Assembly: GCA_039193885.1 (NCBI GenBank)
Contig: JBCCWL010000002.1
Span: 41,854 to 105,853 of the forward strand
Source of the DNA: Pseudomonadota bacterium
GTDB taxonomy: Bacteria; Pseudomonadota; Alphaproteobacteria; Rhodobacterales; Rhodobacteraceae
Direction of reading: 5' to 3'
DNA length: 64,000 nt
The notes under the pieces are model-generated. The model was given only the letters and a program-made list of their open reading frames with translations. It made no database searches and was not told the DNA's origin. Positions 48,958 to 59,595 of the stretch are shown here, in pieces; the stretch's first letter is position 1, and each line of letters opens with the position of its first letter. A program made the position numbers and the translations under genes.

Positions 48958-50448
48958 TTATTTCTGAAGATAGGCTTGCAAAGTTGCTTCGACCCCGTCC
49001 GCATAGAGCCCTTTCAGCCATTTCGAGAACGCATCTTGAAATTTGACATCATCCGAAATGGACCCGTAGAAGTGACGCTGTTCAAGCCAGGCTTGCGGGT
49101 CACCCGCTGCCTCTTTTGCAGCCTTGGTCAGACTGCTCCATTGTGGGTCATTGGGCTCTATCGCGCTGCCATCTTCGCGGGTCCCCGCGCACATGCGAGC
49201 CCAGAGGGCTTGGCTCAGCGCGAGACCATCGCACATCCCGTTGCCAGCAATAGCATCGCGGATCGCAGGCAGGATCGCGCCCGTATGGCGAGAGGATCCA
49301 TCAAACGCAACACGCCGCACGGTGTCGCGTATTTCCGGATTTGAAAACCGCCGATCGATCAAATCAATATACTGCGTCGCGCTCATACCCGGAACAGGTT
49401 GCAATAACGGAGCTATTTCTTCCGACGTGATCTTGTGAAAGATGTCTTTGATCAGCGTGTGTTGCATGGCATCGGCGATGGTGGAAAGACCTAAAATCTC
49501 GGCCGGATTGGCGACGAATTGGTGGCCGCCATTCAAGACACGCAGCTTCATTGCCTCGAAGTCATGAACCTGATCGGACATTGTCGCGCCGACATCCTCC
49601 CAAGGTGGGCGGCCTGCACAAAAGTCATCTTCGATAACCCACTGGCGAAAATTTTCGTGGGTGACTGGGGCCGCGTCGGCAAGCCCGAGGCTTTGCACCA
49701 GATCGATTTCGCTTGGGCCCGTCGCGGGCACAATGCAATCAACCATGGAATTGGGAAAACTCACATGCTCGCTGATCCACGCACCCAAGGACGGATCGGC
49801 CAGCTTGGCCAGGCCAATCACGACCTCGCGCAAAATGGCACCGTTGCCAGGCAGGTTGTCACAGCTTTGGCACGTGAAGGGCCCAACACCGGTGTCTCGT
49901 CGCGCACGCAACGCTGAAACAATCGCACCGAATGCAGTCCGTGGCGTATCAAGATTTACAGCGTCATACTGAATATCACTATGGTTCGGATCAAAGCTCT
50001 TGGTGGCCGGATCCAGAAAATACCCGCCTTCGGTGATTGTCAGTGACACGATGCGGATCATTGGGTCCGACATTTGCTGGATCAAGGGCCCATGACCGAC
50101 CTCAATGGGAAGGTAATCAACCATTGAGCCCACGACCTCCGCCGACGTCCCGGTCGGGTCAAGCTCAATTAGGGTTGTCAGATGATCCTGCCCGGCAAGA
50201 CGCAGGCGCTGCTCAGCGTCCTCATGGCGAACGCTTGCTCCGATGATCGCCCAGCCCAGCGCCTGACCATTCTGCATCAAGCGATGCAGATACCAGGCTT
50301 GGTGCGCGCGGTGAAAATTACCCAAGCCAATATGTACAATACCGGGTGTGAGCGACGCGCGGTCATAATGCGGCCGAAGGAAAGTGTCTGGCAAACCAGC
50401 CAGTGTTTGGTTGTTGAGCTGGCTGAGTTTTGTGTCGTGGTCTCGCAT
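48958..50448 (-). CDS. mtlK: Mannitol 2-dehydrogenase family
   Basis: IVHIGLGNFHRAHQA, SLTITEGGY, SCDN, FPNSMVD, KLRVLNGGH; TGATG coupling to the upstream gene. Confidence 0.88.
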   Translation of the reverse strand: MRDHDTKLSQLNNQTLAGLPDTFLRPHYDRASLTPGIVHIGLGNFHRAHQAWYLHRLMQNGQALGWAIIGASVRHEDAEQRLRLAGQDHLTTLIELDPTGTSAEVVGSMVDYLPIEVGHGPLIQQMSDPMIRIVSLTITEGGYFLDPATKSFDPNHSDIQYDAVNLDTPRTAFGAIVSALRARRDTGVGPFTCQSCDNLPGNGAILREVVIGLAKLADPSLGAWISEHVSFPNSMVDCIVPATGPSEIDLVQSLGLADAAPVTHENFRQWVIEDDFCAGRPPWEDVGATMSDQVHDFEAMKLRVLNGGHQFVANPAEILGLSTIADAMQHTLIKDIFHKITSEEIAPLLQPVPGMSATQYIDLIDRRFSNPEIRDTVRRVAFDGSSRHTGAILPAIRDAIAGNGMCDGLALSQALWARMCAGTREDGSAIEPNDPQWSSLTKAAKEAAGDPQAWLEQRHFYGSISDDVKFQDAFSKWLKGLYADGVEATLQAYLQK

Positions 50449-51215
50449 CAGCTCATCCATTGGCCCCCGTCCACGTTGTAGGTCTGCGCCACGACATAGT
50501 CGGACTCATCACTGGCCAGAAACACCGCCATCCCGGTTAGATCCTCCGCCGTCCCCATTCTTCCGAACGGGACAGCGGCACCGACTTCGGCCTTTTTCTG
50601 ACCCGGGGGCTTGCCTTCGTATTTCGCGAAAAAGGCGTCGACACCCTCCCAATGTTCCCCGTCCACCACGCCCGGAGAAATCGCGTTTACGTTGATGCCG
50701 TGCTCAATCAGATTCAGACCGGCACTCTGGGTCAGACTGATCACGGCGGCCTTGCTGGCACAATAAGTGGCGACGAGGCTTTCGCCCCGCCGCCCGGCTT
50801 GGGAGGCCATGTTAATGATTTTGCCTTTGATGCCACGGTCAATCATGTGCCGCGCAACGGCTTGAAGCGAAAACAGTGTGCCGGCCAGATTGATTGCAAA
50901 GACATTCTCGAAATCAGCCCGGTCAATCTCGACGATCGGTGCGGCGGAAAAGACGGCCGCATTGTTGATAAGGATATCAATTCTTCCGAATGCCTCGATC
51001 GTTGTGGCGACCGCGGCATCGATGCTGGCCTGGTCGGTTACATCCATCTTGACTGCGAACGCTCCGATTTCTTGGGCCGCAATTTCGGCACGGCCCATGT
51101 CGATATCTGCAATCGCAACGCGCGCGCCTTCAGCAATAAACCTGCGGGCAAACGCCAGGCCAATACCACGTGCCGCCCCTGTGATCAGAGCGGATTTGCC
51201 CGCAAGCCGCGGCAT
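50448..51215 (-). CDS. smoS: Sorbitol (L-iditol 2-) dehydrogenase, SDR
   Basis: MASQAGRRGE, YCASK, PGVVDGEHW, NVDGGQWMS. Confidence 0.88.
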   Translation of the reverse strand: MPRLAGKSALITGAARGIGLAFARRFIAEGARVAIADIDMGRAEIAAQEIGAFAVKMDVTDQASIDAAVATTIEAFGRIDILINNAAVFSAAPIVEIDRADFENVFAINLAGTLFSLQAVARHMIDRGIKGKIINMASQAGRRGESLVATYCASKAAVISLTQSAGLNLIEHGINVNAISPGVVDGEHWEGVDAFFAKYEGKPPGQKKAEVGAAVPFGRMGTAEDLTGMAVFLASDESDYVVAQTYNVDGGQWMS

Positions 51216-52216
51216 CAGAGACGAAGGCCTTGCTTGTCGAAACGGTGGATCTCATCGACACGCGGAGCAAGGTGGATCTTGTCGCCGTGGCGCAGCGCGA
51301 CGTCGCCCAAGGCCCGAACAGTCATTGTCTCAGCCAGGCCGCTTCCGTGGATATGAAAGAACGTGTCAGAGCCCAGATGTTCCGCCACGCCGACTGTCCC
51401 CGTCCAACGGCCCCCTTCTGGCACAACATCAATATGTTCGGGTCGAATTCCTATGGTATGGGCATCAAATTTCGCAGCCTCCTCCCCTTCGATGAAGTTC
51501 ATCTTGGGCGAGCCAATGAACCCGGCCACGAACAGGTTGCGCGGAGCCCGGTAAAGGTCCAGCGGGCTGCCGACCTGTTCGATCACCCCAGCCTGCAGGA
51601 CGACGATCTTGTCAGCCATAGTCATGGCTTCCACCTGATCATGGGTGACGTAGATCATTGTGGTTTTCATACGCGCATGCATTTCGGTGATCTCAATGCG
51701 CATGCCAACGCGCAACGCGGCATCAAGGTTTGACAGCGGCTCGTCAAACAAGAAGGCCTTCGGATCCCTGACGATGGCACGGCCAATCGCCACGCGTTGG
51801 CGCTGACCACCTGAAAGCTGGCCGGGTTTCCGGTCGAGATAGTCAACCAGGTTCAACGCCTCTGCCGCCGCCGAGATCTTCGCCTCTTGCTCAGACTCCG
51901 ACAAACCGGCCATACGCATCGGGAACGCAATGTTCTTGCGAACCGTCATGTGCGGGTAAAGCGCGTAGGTCTGGAACACCATGGCCAAGCCACGCTTGGA
52001 TGGCGAAACCTCCGTTACTTCTTCCCCATCGATGCTCACCTTACCCGATGTCGTGTCCTCGAGACCCGCGATGAGGCGGAGGAGTGTGGATTTCCCGCAA
52101 CCAGAGGGCCCCACGAACACCGCAAACTCTCCGTCTTCGATGGTCAAATCCAATGGTGGGATAACTTGTGTCTCTCCAAAACTCTTAGTCACACTTTCTA
52201 GAACGATCTGTCCCAT
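51215..52216 (-). CDS. smoK: Polyol ABC ATP-binding protein (MalK-like)
   Basis: [27 protein letters not shown]. Confidence 0.85.
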   Translation of the reverse strand: MGQIVLESVTKSFGETQVIPPLDLTIEDGEFAVFVGPSGCGKSTLLRLIAGLEDTTSGKVSIDGEEVTEVSPSKRGLAMVFQTYALYPHMTVRKNIAFPMRMAGLSESEQEAKISAAAEALNLVDYLDRKPGQLSGGQRQRVAIGRAIVRDPKAFLFDEPLSNLDAALRVGMRIEITEMHARMKTTMIYVTHDQVEAMTMADKIVVLQAGVIEQVGSPLDLYRAPRNLFVAGFIGSPKMNFIEGEEAAKFDAHTIGIRPEHIDVVPEGGRWTGTVGVAEHLGSDTFFHIHGSGLAETMTVRALGDVALRHGDKIHLAPRVDEIHRFDKQGLRL

Positions 52217-52226
52217 AGTATTTTCC

Positions 52227-53060
52227 TTATTTGACCGCGCCGAAGGTCAGACCTTGGACCAGTTGTTTTTGACAGAACCACCCCAGCACCACGATGGGGC
52301 CAACAGCGGCAGCGGAGACCGCGGAGAGACGGCCAAAGAATAGCCCCTCCGGTGCGCGATTGCCTTCGATAAGTTTGGACAGTGTCGCGGCTTCAGTCGT
52401 TGTCAGGCGGACCGTCCAGTAGGCTTCATTCCAGCAGAAGATGAAACACAGCAGGGCCGTCGAGGCGATCCCACCCCATGCCAGCGGAATCAGAATCTCT
52501 CTGATTTCACCCCAGGTGTTCACACCATCCATTTGACCGGCCTCAATGATCTCCTTTGGAATTTCCTTGAAGTAGGTGAAAAGCATCCAAACCACGATCG
52601 GCAGGTTGATGAGCATCAAAACCACGATGATGATAAAATGCGTGTCAAACAGGCCGATGCTTTTGGTGAGGAATGTCATCGGGTACAGCACCGCAGCCGC
52701 CGGCAACATCTTGGTGGACAGCATCCACATCAAAACATCCTTCGTGGCCCGCGCCGGATTGAAGGCCATCGCGTAGGCGCAGGGGATACCGACCGCCAAT
52801 GCGAATATGGTGGCGAAGACCGAGGTGATGACCGAGTTGGTCGCAAAGCGCCAATAGTCGTAGTTCTCAGTCATGTTCGCGTAGTTTTCCAACGTCGGCG
52901 TGAAGAAGAACAAGAACTCTGGTTTCACCGCATCTGCGTCGGTCTTGAAGCTGGTCAGAACCATCCAGAAGATCGGGAAGAAAAACAACAGAGCGACGAT
53001 CCAGGCAAGAGTAGCGCGGCTGACTCGGCCATACTTTGAAGTTTGTGCAACGATAGCCAT
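52227..53060 (-). CDS. smoG: Polyol ABC permease
   Basis: [29 protein letters not shown]. Confidence 0.85.
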   Translation of the reverse strand: MAIVAQTSKYGRVSRATLAWIVALLFFFPIFWMVLTSFKTDADAVKPEFLFFFTPTLENYANMTENYDYWRFATNSVITSVFATIFALAVGIPCAYAMAFNPARATKDVLMWMLSTKMLPAAAVLYPMTFLTKSIGLFDTHFIIIVVLMLINLPIVVWMLFTYFKEIPKEIIEAGQMDGVNTWGEIREILIPLAWGGIASTALLCFIFCWNEAYWTVRLTTTEAATLSKLIEGNRAPEGLFFGRLSAVSAAAVGPIVVLGWFCQKQLVQGLTFGAVK

Positions 53061-53063
53061 GAT

Positions 53064-54002
53064 TTACTCCATCAAAGTCTTGCCGATCATCCGAAGCAGG
53101 AAGATGGCAACGATGTTTGCAAGGATTACAGCGAATATTCCGGTGGCGCTGGCGGCGCCAATATTGTTGTTGGCGAACTCACCGATCAGATACGGAAGGT
53201 TTTTGTTTCCGTTGCCACGGCTGACGATCTCGATTTCCGCATAGAGCGAGAGGTGGAAAATCGCTTGGATCATCACCACGATAGCTATGGGGCGGCCCAG
53301 ATGGGGCAGCGTGAGAAAGCGAAACTGAGACCATGCGCTCGCGCCATCCAGGATAGCGGCTTCTTTCTGCTGCTGATCCTCCGATTGCAGCGATGTCATG
53401 AAGATGAGCACTGCAAAAGGTGTCCATTGCCAGGTGACCATGATGATCACAGCGTAAGCCGATGTTTGTGTGGCCCGGAACGAGATCGGTTCCAATTCAG
53501 GCCAGAGCGAAAAGAATGGTCCTACAATCGGCGCGGCTTGCAATCCGTCGATAATGTTGTTGATCCCGCCAACGGCCAGGCCTTGAAGCCCAAGCACGGG
53601 GTCAAGGATCATGTTGATCCATAGAACTGCGTTCACGGCTGGCATCACGAAGAAAGGCGAGATCAGCAAAACTCGAACAATGCCGCGACCAGGAAAGGCC
53701 TTGTTGATTAACACTGCGACAAGCACACCAAGCATCACTGTCAGCAACAAAATCGAACAAACGATCAACAGACTGTTTTGTATGGCGAACAGGAAGTCCT
53801 TGTTGTTAAGAACAAATTCGTAATTTCCGAACCCGCGCCAGTTGCTCAATGCGGGTTTGGTCCATTCAGGGCGCCGCAGACTATTGAGCACATAGCGGAT
53901 AAACGAGAAATAAAGCGTCATCCCGAGCGGGATAAGCATCCAGATCAGCAGCAAGATTACGGCTGGTGATTGGAGCAGGCGTGGAAGCCGTCTGTCAGAC
54001 AT
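53064..54002 (-). CDS. smoF: Polyol ABC permease
   Basis: PFFVMP, WQWTPFA, EAAILDGA, VILANIVA. Confidence 0.82.
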   Translation of the reverse strand: MSDRRLPRLLQSPAVILLLIWMLIPLGMTLYFSFIRYVLNSLRRPEWTKPALSNWRGFGNYEFVLNNKDFLFAIQNSLLIVCSILLLTVMLGVLVAVLINKAFPGRGIVRVLLISPFFVMPAVNAVLWINMILDPVLGLQGLAVGGINNIIDGLQAAPIVGPFFSLWPELEPISFRATQTSAYAVIIMVTWQWTPFAVLIFMTSLQSEDQQQKEAAILDGASAWSQFRFLTLPHLGRPIAIVVMIQAIFHLSLYAEIEIVSRGNGNKNLPYLIGEFANNNIGAASATGIFAVILANIVAIFLLRMIGKTLME

Positions 54003-54103
54003 GGTTCTATCCCTCACGCAAAACGGGTTCTTCCGTTATGCATTGCTTTGATTGACGTGCAAATGGGTGACTGGATTGATCCGCAGCAAGGGCTGCGGGG
54101 GTA

Positions 54104-54125
54104 GGCCCGGCCGTCCGGCCGGGCC
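54104..54125. other. GC-rich stem-loop after smoE (differential mRNA stability element)
   Basis: GGCCCGGCCG-TC-CGGCCGGGCC. Confidence 0.55.
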
Positions 54126-54135
54126 CATATCGGGT

Positions 54136-55428
54136 TTAGTAACCCGCTTCGTCCATGATGGCTTCTGCTGCCGACTGTGAGGCCGCCAGAGCGTCATCTA
54201 CCGATTTCGCACCGGAGAGCGCCGCTGCCATTTCCTGGGCCACAGCCGACCCGACTTCCGGAAATTCCGGGATTGCGGCGAACTGAACACCAACATATGG
54301 CTTCAGGTCTGTCGCTTCGGGAGCTGCCGAGTTGATAGCTGCCATTTCAGCTTCTGCAAACCCAGCTACAGCCTTGAACTCGTCGAAACCGTAAGTTGAG
54401 GCACGCTGACCAGTTGGGACTTTTGCCCAGCCAAACTCAGGATGGCTTGCAACAGCCTGTACATAATCCTTCGATGTGGCCCATTCGATAAAGGCTTTGG
54501 CTTCTGCGGCCTTCGGTGTACCCGATGGAACCGCCATTGCCCAAGCCCAGAGCCAGTTGGCTCCTACCGGATTGCCAGCATTCGGGCTTTGAGCGTAAGC
54601 AACGCCGTCAACTTCAAGGAAAGAAGCCGCGATTGTTGCGTCAATCCACATGCCGCACTTGCCTTCGTTGTAGAGGGCGAGGATCTCGTTGAACGAGTTT
54701 CCTTCGGATCCGGGAGGGCCATAGTTGCCAAGCAGGTCTACATAGAAGTTAATCGCTGCACGCCATTCGTCGCTGTCGATTGTTGGTTTGAAATCTGCAT
54801 CGAACCACGCACCACCGAAGCTGTTCACCATAGTGGTGATGAACGCCATGTTGTCGCCCCATCCTGGCTTTCCGCGCAGACAGGCACCGTAAACACCGTT
54901 ATCCGGGTCATGCACAGCCGCAGCAGCAGCTTTGATGTTATCCCAACTGTCGTTGTCGGCAACGGATACTCCAGCGGCATCCATCAGATCTTTGCGATAC
55001 ATCACCATGGAGCTCTCACCGTAGAACGGTGCAGCGTACATTGTGCCTTCGTGAGACAGACCTGCACGGATCGCGGGCAGGATATCGTCCACGTCGTACT
55101 CGGCTCCGAATTCCAGAGGTTCGATCCAGCCAGCTGCGCCCCAGATCGGTGCTTCTTGCATGCCGATATTGATGACGTCGTACTGACCACCACCTGTGGC
55201 GGTGTCTGAAGTGACCTGCTCACGCAAAACACCTTCTTCGAGGCTAACCCAGTTCAGTGCAACGCCGGTTTCCTCGGTATAGGCCTCAGCGACCTTCTGC
55301 ATATTGATCATATGCCCGTTGTTAACGATCGCAATCGTTAGCTCTTTGGCATGGCCGTCGGCAACAGCGCCTAACGTGCCCGCCATTGTCAACGCGGTTG
55401 CGCCGAACAATACGTTCTTAAGTGACAT
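54136..55428 (-). CDS. smoE: Polyol (sorbitol/mannitol) ABC substrate-binding protein
   Basis: IAIVNNG, LEEGVLR, APFYGESS, CLRGKPGWG, MWIDAT, YVGVQFAAIPEF. Confidence 0.88.
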   Translation of the reverse strand: MSLKNVLFGATALTMAGTLGAVADGHAKELTIAIVNNGHMINMQKVAEAYTEETGVALNWVSLEEGVLREQVTSDTATGGGQYDVINIGMQEAPIWGAAGWIEPLEFGAEYDVDDILPAIRAGLSHEGTMYAAPFYGESSMVMYRKDLMDAAGVSVADNDSWDNIKAAAAAVHDPDNGVYGACLRGKPGWGDNMAFITTMVNSFGGAWFDADFKPTIDSDEWRAAINFYVDLLGNYGPPGSEGNSFNEILALYNEGKCGMWIDATIAASFLEVDGVAYAQSPNAGNPVGANWLWAWAMAVPSGTPKAAEAKAFIEWATSKDYVQAVASHPEFGWAKVPTGQRASTYGFDEFKAVAGFAEAEMAAINSAAPEATDLKPYVGVQFAAIPEFPEVGSAVAQEMAAALSGAKSVDDALAASQSAAEAIMDEAGY

Positions 55429-55490
55429 CCTTGTCCTCCCTAATTGGATGATGGACTCAAGGTAGAAGAAAATTAACCGCGACGTCAATT

Positions 55491-55514
55491 AAAACTTTTC
55501 ACGCGTAAAGTTTT
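55491..55514. promoter_or_regulatory. Putative LacI operator upstream of smoE
   Basis: AAAACTTT-TCACGCGT-AAAGTTTT dyad with CGCG core in an AT-rich spacer. Confidence 0.6.
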
Positions 55515-55541
55515 TTTTAATTATTAAACTATAACAATATA

Positions 55542-56573
55542 TTATGCAGATCCTCGCATGACCAATCGACCCTCAAACAGCGTAACTTCCCTGGACTCCG
55601 ATCGCTCTCCGGTATCAATAAGTTTGAGAATCGTCTCTACGCTTCGGGCCCCGATCGCCTCATAGTCCTGCGAAATTGTCGTTAATCCCGGACAGGTATA
55701 CCGCGCGAACGGGTGGTCATCATGGCCGGCAATGCGTAGTGTATCCATCTCGCCCCTCCCAACCTGAATGCCGCTTTCAAAAGCCGCCGCCAGAAGGCCA
55801 ATTGCCAGCCTGTCATTCGAGCACAGGACAGTGCGGGATGGCAATCTGTCCTCCGAGATGGCACGCAGGCCCTCGCGATACCCGATCTCTTCAAAGTCCC
55901 ACCCCTTTCCCCCAACCCGGATGAATTCCGGTTGAAAGGAAAGTCTCTCCATCGCAGCTTGATACGCAGTGCGACGGCGGTAGGCATTTGGATTGATCGG
56001 GTCTTCCATTTCGAAAAACGCCGGAGCTTCCCCGCTGCGGCATAAATATTCGACGATCAGGCCAATACTGTGCATGTTATCGGAACCAAAGAACGCTTCT
56101 CCGACATCATCGAGATTGGCGTCGAACAGAACCGTTGGAATCTGCTCAGCAAATTCGTGCACCTGATCACTTTGAGACACGCGCCCAAGCGGTGCCAGCA
56201 GAACACCGGCTGGTTTAATCGCTCGAAGACTGTTGAGATTGGCAATCTCCTGTTCAGGGCCCCCATGCGAGCTAAGCAGCAAAGGGTTGAACCCTGAGCT
56301 TACAATCAACCCTTCGATGGTCCGTGCGATTGCGGCAAAGAATGGGTCGGTCAAGTTCGGTACGACCAGCCCGATATTCTTGGTGCGTCTTCGGTTCTGA
56401 TTGATCGCGTAGATATTGGGCCGGTAGTCATAGCGCTCCAGCGCCACTTCGATCTTGTGGCGCGTAGACTTTCTAACACTGTCAGGGTCATTGAAGTATT
56501 TCGAAACGGTTGGCCGCGAAATACCGCTTACGACGGCAAAGTCCTCCATGTTCTTGATTTTCGTGTCAGACAT
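55542..56573 (-). CDS. LacI-family regulator of the polyol operon
   Basis: MEDFAVVSGISRPTVS HTH, YRPN, DPFF, CSNDRLA, LTTISQD. Confidence 0.88.
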   Translation of the reverse strand: MSDTKIKNMEDFAVVSGISRPTVSKYFNDPDSVRKSTRHKIEVALERYDYRPNIYAINQNRRRTKNIGLVVPNLTDPFFAAIARTIEGLIVSSGFNPLLLSSHGGPEQEIANLNSLRAIKPAGVLLAPLGRVSQSDQVHEFAEQIPTVLFDANLDDVGEAFFGSDNMHSIGLIVEYLCRSGEAPAFFEMEDPINPNAYRRRTAYQAAMERLSFQPEFIRVGGKGWDFEEIGYREGLRAISEDRLPSRTVLCSNDRLAIGLLAAAFESGIQVGRGEMDTLRIAGHDDHPFARYTCPGLTTISQDYEAIGARSVETILKLIDTGERSESREVTLFEGRLVMRGSA

Positions 56574-56641
56574 GACGCGTCTTTTTTCCCATCTGCGGCC
56601 GCCGAAATCGGCCTGCGGCTTTTACAGTGTCAGAAAATTAA

Positions 56642-56655
56642 TTATCGCGCGACAA
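56642..56655. promoter_or_regulatory. Possible autoregulatory LacI operator
   Basis: TTATCGCGCGACAA near-palindrome upstream of lacI. Confidence 0.4.
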
Positions 56656-56733
56656 ATTTTGAAAAGTCTTGTCAAATTTTTGATTAGATTCGGGGTACAG
56701 CATCGCCTTCAATAAGGCTGGCGGAGGCATGAT

Positions 56734-57230
56734 TTACGACGAACCACACGATGCCGAAGCGCTTGAGGTGTCCAGAAAAGCGCGCCATCCATTATACCCC
56801 GTAATGTCCTGATCTGCGAATGTCCCGGAGTGTTCCACCAGGAAGCCCGATACAGCTCGCCGGTCACTTAGCGCCACCTGCCCAATACAAAACGGGCTCG
56901 GTATTGAAGCGACAAACTCTCCGAGTTGTTCGGTTGTCATCGCCCACAATTCGAGTTCAGTCGACGTCCCGTGTTCTCCACGCAGAAGGCCTGGTCGCAC
57001 CGGTGGCCCGCCGGGAAGCGCAGATAGGTGGTGGTCTTGAGAAGTCGCTGCTGCTTCGAGAAAACGCACGCCACGATCTTTGAGCTGATAGTTCAGCGGA
57101 GGGCCAGCCATGTGCGCCCCGACAACCGTTCACGGCAATCTCGTCAGGGCGGGTTTCTTGGGCCATTGGCGGGGCTTCTAAACAGCGTTTGGATGTTGGC
57201 GCAGGAAAGGGTCCAGTTTCATTGTGCCCT
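56734..57230 (-). pseudogene. atzF: Allophanate hydrolase C-terminal domain remnant (frameshifted, amidase domain missing)
   Basis: VVGAHMAGPPLNYQL, PVRPGL, ELELW, IPSP..IG.V.L, GFLVE, DITGYNGWRAF; frame breaks near 57130; 5' limit approximate. Confidence 0.75.
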
Positions 57231-57360
57231 GCCGCAATATGGCCGATATAGGCTCGGCTCGCTTTTTCGCATGTCTTGCGCCAAATTGATCCCAATTTCT
57301 CGCTTGCCAGATTAATGCCAGGCATTTGAGAGCGGTGCGGCAAGGAGACTAGATTCATTC

Positions 57361-58476
57361 ATGACGCTGGGCGAACGCGCGTATATGCCTGATTACCTGC
57401 GGCTCATTGCCCTTTTTGGGATTGTCGTCGTGAACGTTCAATATATCGCATTTTCAGCCCTGCACGGGTTTGCCGAGCCTGTGGGAAAGACGTTCGAAGA
57501 TCATCTGACCCTTTGGCTGGTGAACGGGCTGGCATTGCTCAAAACCTATGGTCTTTTTTCTTTCATGTTCGGGGTGGGTTTTGGGTTTCTTATGCGCTCA
57601 TCCGAGCGACGCAGTTTGCGCTTTGGTCCCATATATCGCAACCGGATGATCGGCCTTTTGCTCTTGGGCATCCTACATGGATGCTTGTTTTTTCCGGGCG
57701 ATATTCTTGTGATCTACGCAATTGCCGGGTCGGTCCTGTTTGTCTTCCGAGACTGGAACGCGACAAGACTGGTGAGAATTGGCGCGGGATTGCTTGTCTT
57801 GCAATTGGTCGCGGGTTTGCCTCTCCTGTTGATCGCTTCCGAGACGCCAGAAGAGACATTCCTGTACGAAGAGACCGCTCTGGGCGGCGGTAGTTTCCTT
57901 GACGCGGTTGTGTTTAGAGCTGTCGGGTTTGCGTTCATCTTACCTGTGTTTCTAGTTGTCCAAGGCCTCTCTGCACTGGGTTGGTTCTGCCTCGGCCTGG
58001 CCTGTGTGAAATCGGGTATGATCGACAATGCTCGGCACCAACTTTGGAGAAAGGCGCGTCGGATCTGCCTCTTGCCGGGGATGTCCCTTAGCCTATTCGG
58101 AGCAGGTTTGTGGCAATGGGGCCCAAGCGGAGGTGGTGCAGCGCTGACTATATTAGCTGCCCCAATAGCAACCCTAGGGTACCTTGGGTTGATTGCGCTT
58201 ATTTCGCGCCCCCCAGGACCCATCATGTCGCACGCGCTGACCGCGGGAGGGTCAAGCCTCAGTGTCTATCTCGGCCAATCCATAGTTTTGACGAGCATCT
58301 TCTCGGCATATGGCTTTGGCCTTTGGGAGGAGCTGGGCCGGACAACGGCAACTTTGACGGCCGTTTTCGTCACAGTCTTTCTAATCGTGGCCCTCAGCGT
58401 CTGGCGCAATTGGTTCAAACTGGGCCCGTTTGAATGGCTGCTGCGCAAGATCACATATGCTGGCACGCGCACGTAG
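57361..58476 (+). CDS. DUF418 (YeiB-like) membrane protein
   Basis: DYLRLIALFGI, LFSFMFGVGF, GDILVIYA, SLSVYLGQS, GPFEWLLRKITY. Confidence 0.88.
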   Translation: MTLGERAYMPDYLRLIALFGIVVVNVQYIAFSALHGFAEPVGKTFEDHLTLWLVNGLALLKTYGLFSFMFGVGFGFLMRSSERRSLRFGPIYRNRMIGLLLLGILHGCLFFPGDILVIYAIAGSVLFVFRDWNATRLVRIGAGLLVLQLVAGLPLLLIASETPEETFLYEETALGGGSFLDAVVFRAVGFAFILPVFLVVQGLSALGWFCLGLACVKSGMIDNARHQLWRKARRICLLPGMSLSLFGAGLWQWGPSGGGAALTILAAPIATLGYLGLIALISRPPGPIMSHALTAGGSSLSVYLGQSIVLTSIFSAYGFGLWEELGRTTATLTAVFVTVFLIVALSVWRNWFKLGPFEWLLRKITYAGTRT

Positions 58477-58642
58477 AAAAAATGAGCAGGCGGGCGCAAT
58501 CAGGTCACTGAAGAACTGCGCCACATCGGGGGGCACCGGCTCACCACTATTGCACCGCAGCTTTCCCAAAAACATAGCTGAGTTCGAGCGCGAAGTACTC
58601 TGCGACCGCAGCCGCTTTCCCCGAGTTTGCTTTGATATCCCT

Positions 58643-59110
58643 TTAGGAAGTTTCGAAGCCCATGTTCTGTCCACGCAGACCTGTAAAATAGGCCACGAAA
58701 CTTAAGACAACAGCCGCCGTAGAGATAATTGTCATGACGGTTCCAGGGACGAAATTTACAAAGCCCCCAAGGTCCATAAAGATGAAGTAGCCGACATCCG
58801 TCACCCAACCGACGATTGCGGTCATAAAGATAAAGGTGATGGACTCCCGCCATATGAAAATTGCGCCAACAACGGTAAACGCGCCGATCCACAAGAGGTT
58901 GAACCCATGCTGGTTCAGAACCGCTCCAACGGCCGGGTGAAACTCTCCTGCGATCAAGTTAGGATCCACTGCATCCGCAACGGCGGCAACAGCCCCAGAG
59001 GCATCGGACGAGATGATTATGACGCCAGCGAGCATATGGACCAAGCCCCAGATAATCCAAAGCACTGCTGCGATTTTTAACAACAAACTGTAGGTGATTG
59101 TCATTGGCAT
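58643..59110 (-). CDS. Hypothetical membrane protein (about 155 aa, four hydrophobic segments)
   Basis: LWIIWGLVH, QHGFNL, DVGYFIFMD; GAGGGA RBS before the ATG. Confidence 0.7.
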   Translation of the reverse strand: MPMTITYSLLLKIAAVLWIIWGLVHMLAGVIIISSDASGAVAAVADAVDPNLIAGEFHPAVGAVLNQHGFNLLWIGAFTVVGAIFIWRESITFIFMTAIVGWVTDVGYFIFMDLGGFVNFVPGTVMTIISTAAVVLSFVAYFTGLRGQNMGFETS

Positions 59111-59595
59111 TCCCTCTGATGCGAGTTCGATTGCAAAGTGACCACAACGCCGAAAAGTGGATGAGATCCACAAAATCCAACTTGTGGACAATGTCAACAA
59201 AAAGCTGGCGCATTGAAAGCAAAGGTCTGGTTGCTGAGACCGACACCGCAGCAAGCGTCGCAATACCCTTCACGTCAGCCTGATAAAGCTCGGCAACATA
59301 ACTGTGGGCGCGGTTTATTTCCCGGGAGACTACGTCGATATTTTCACACGTTGAGTGGCAAGCCGCGGCCAAAAAAGTTGGAAATTAGCCCGCGCGCTGC
59401 ACGCCCAGAAATCTGTGCACATACCTGCTTTCAGTCACCCAACCACCCCTCATAAAAGTTCAGCTGATCTCCCTGAATTCCTCAAGCAGCACTCAAGCAT
59501 CGCCGGGCCGGTCCTTTCAAAAGGGCGGCGAGCGGCCGTCGCCGCGCATCCTTTTTACACAGACTTAGAGGCGCCGCTTCGGCCGGGAGATACCT

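Noticed and set aside
58959-59372. 137-aa minus-strand ORF upstream of the hypothetical membrane gene
   Set aside because: No recognisable family; overlaps the real gene in another frame; at most an unidentifiable remnant.
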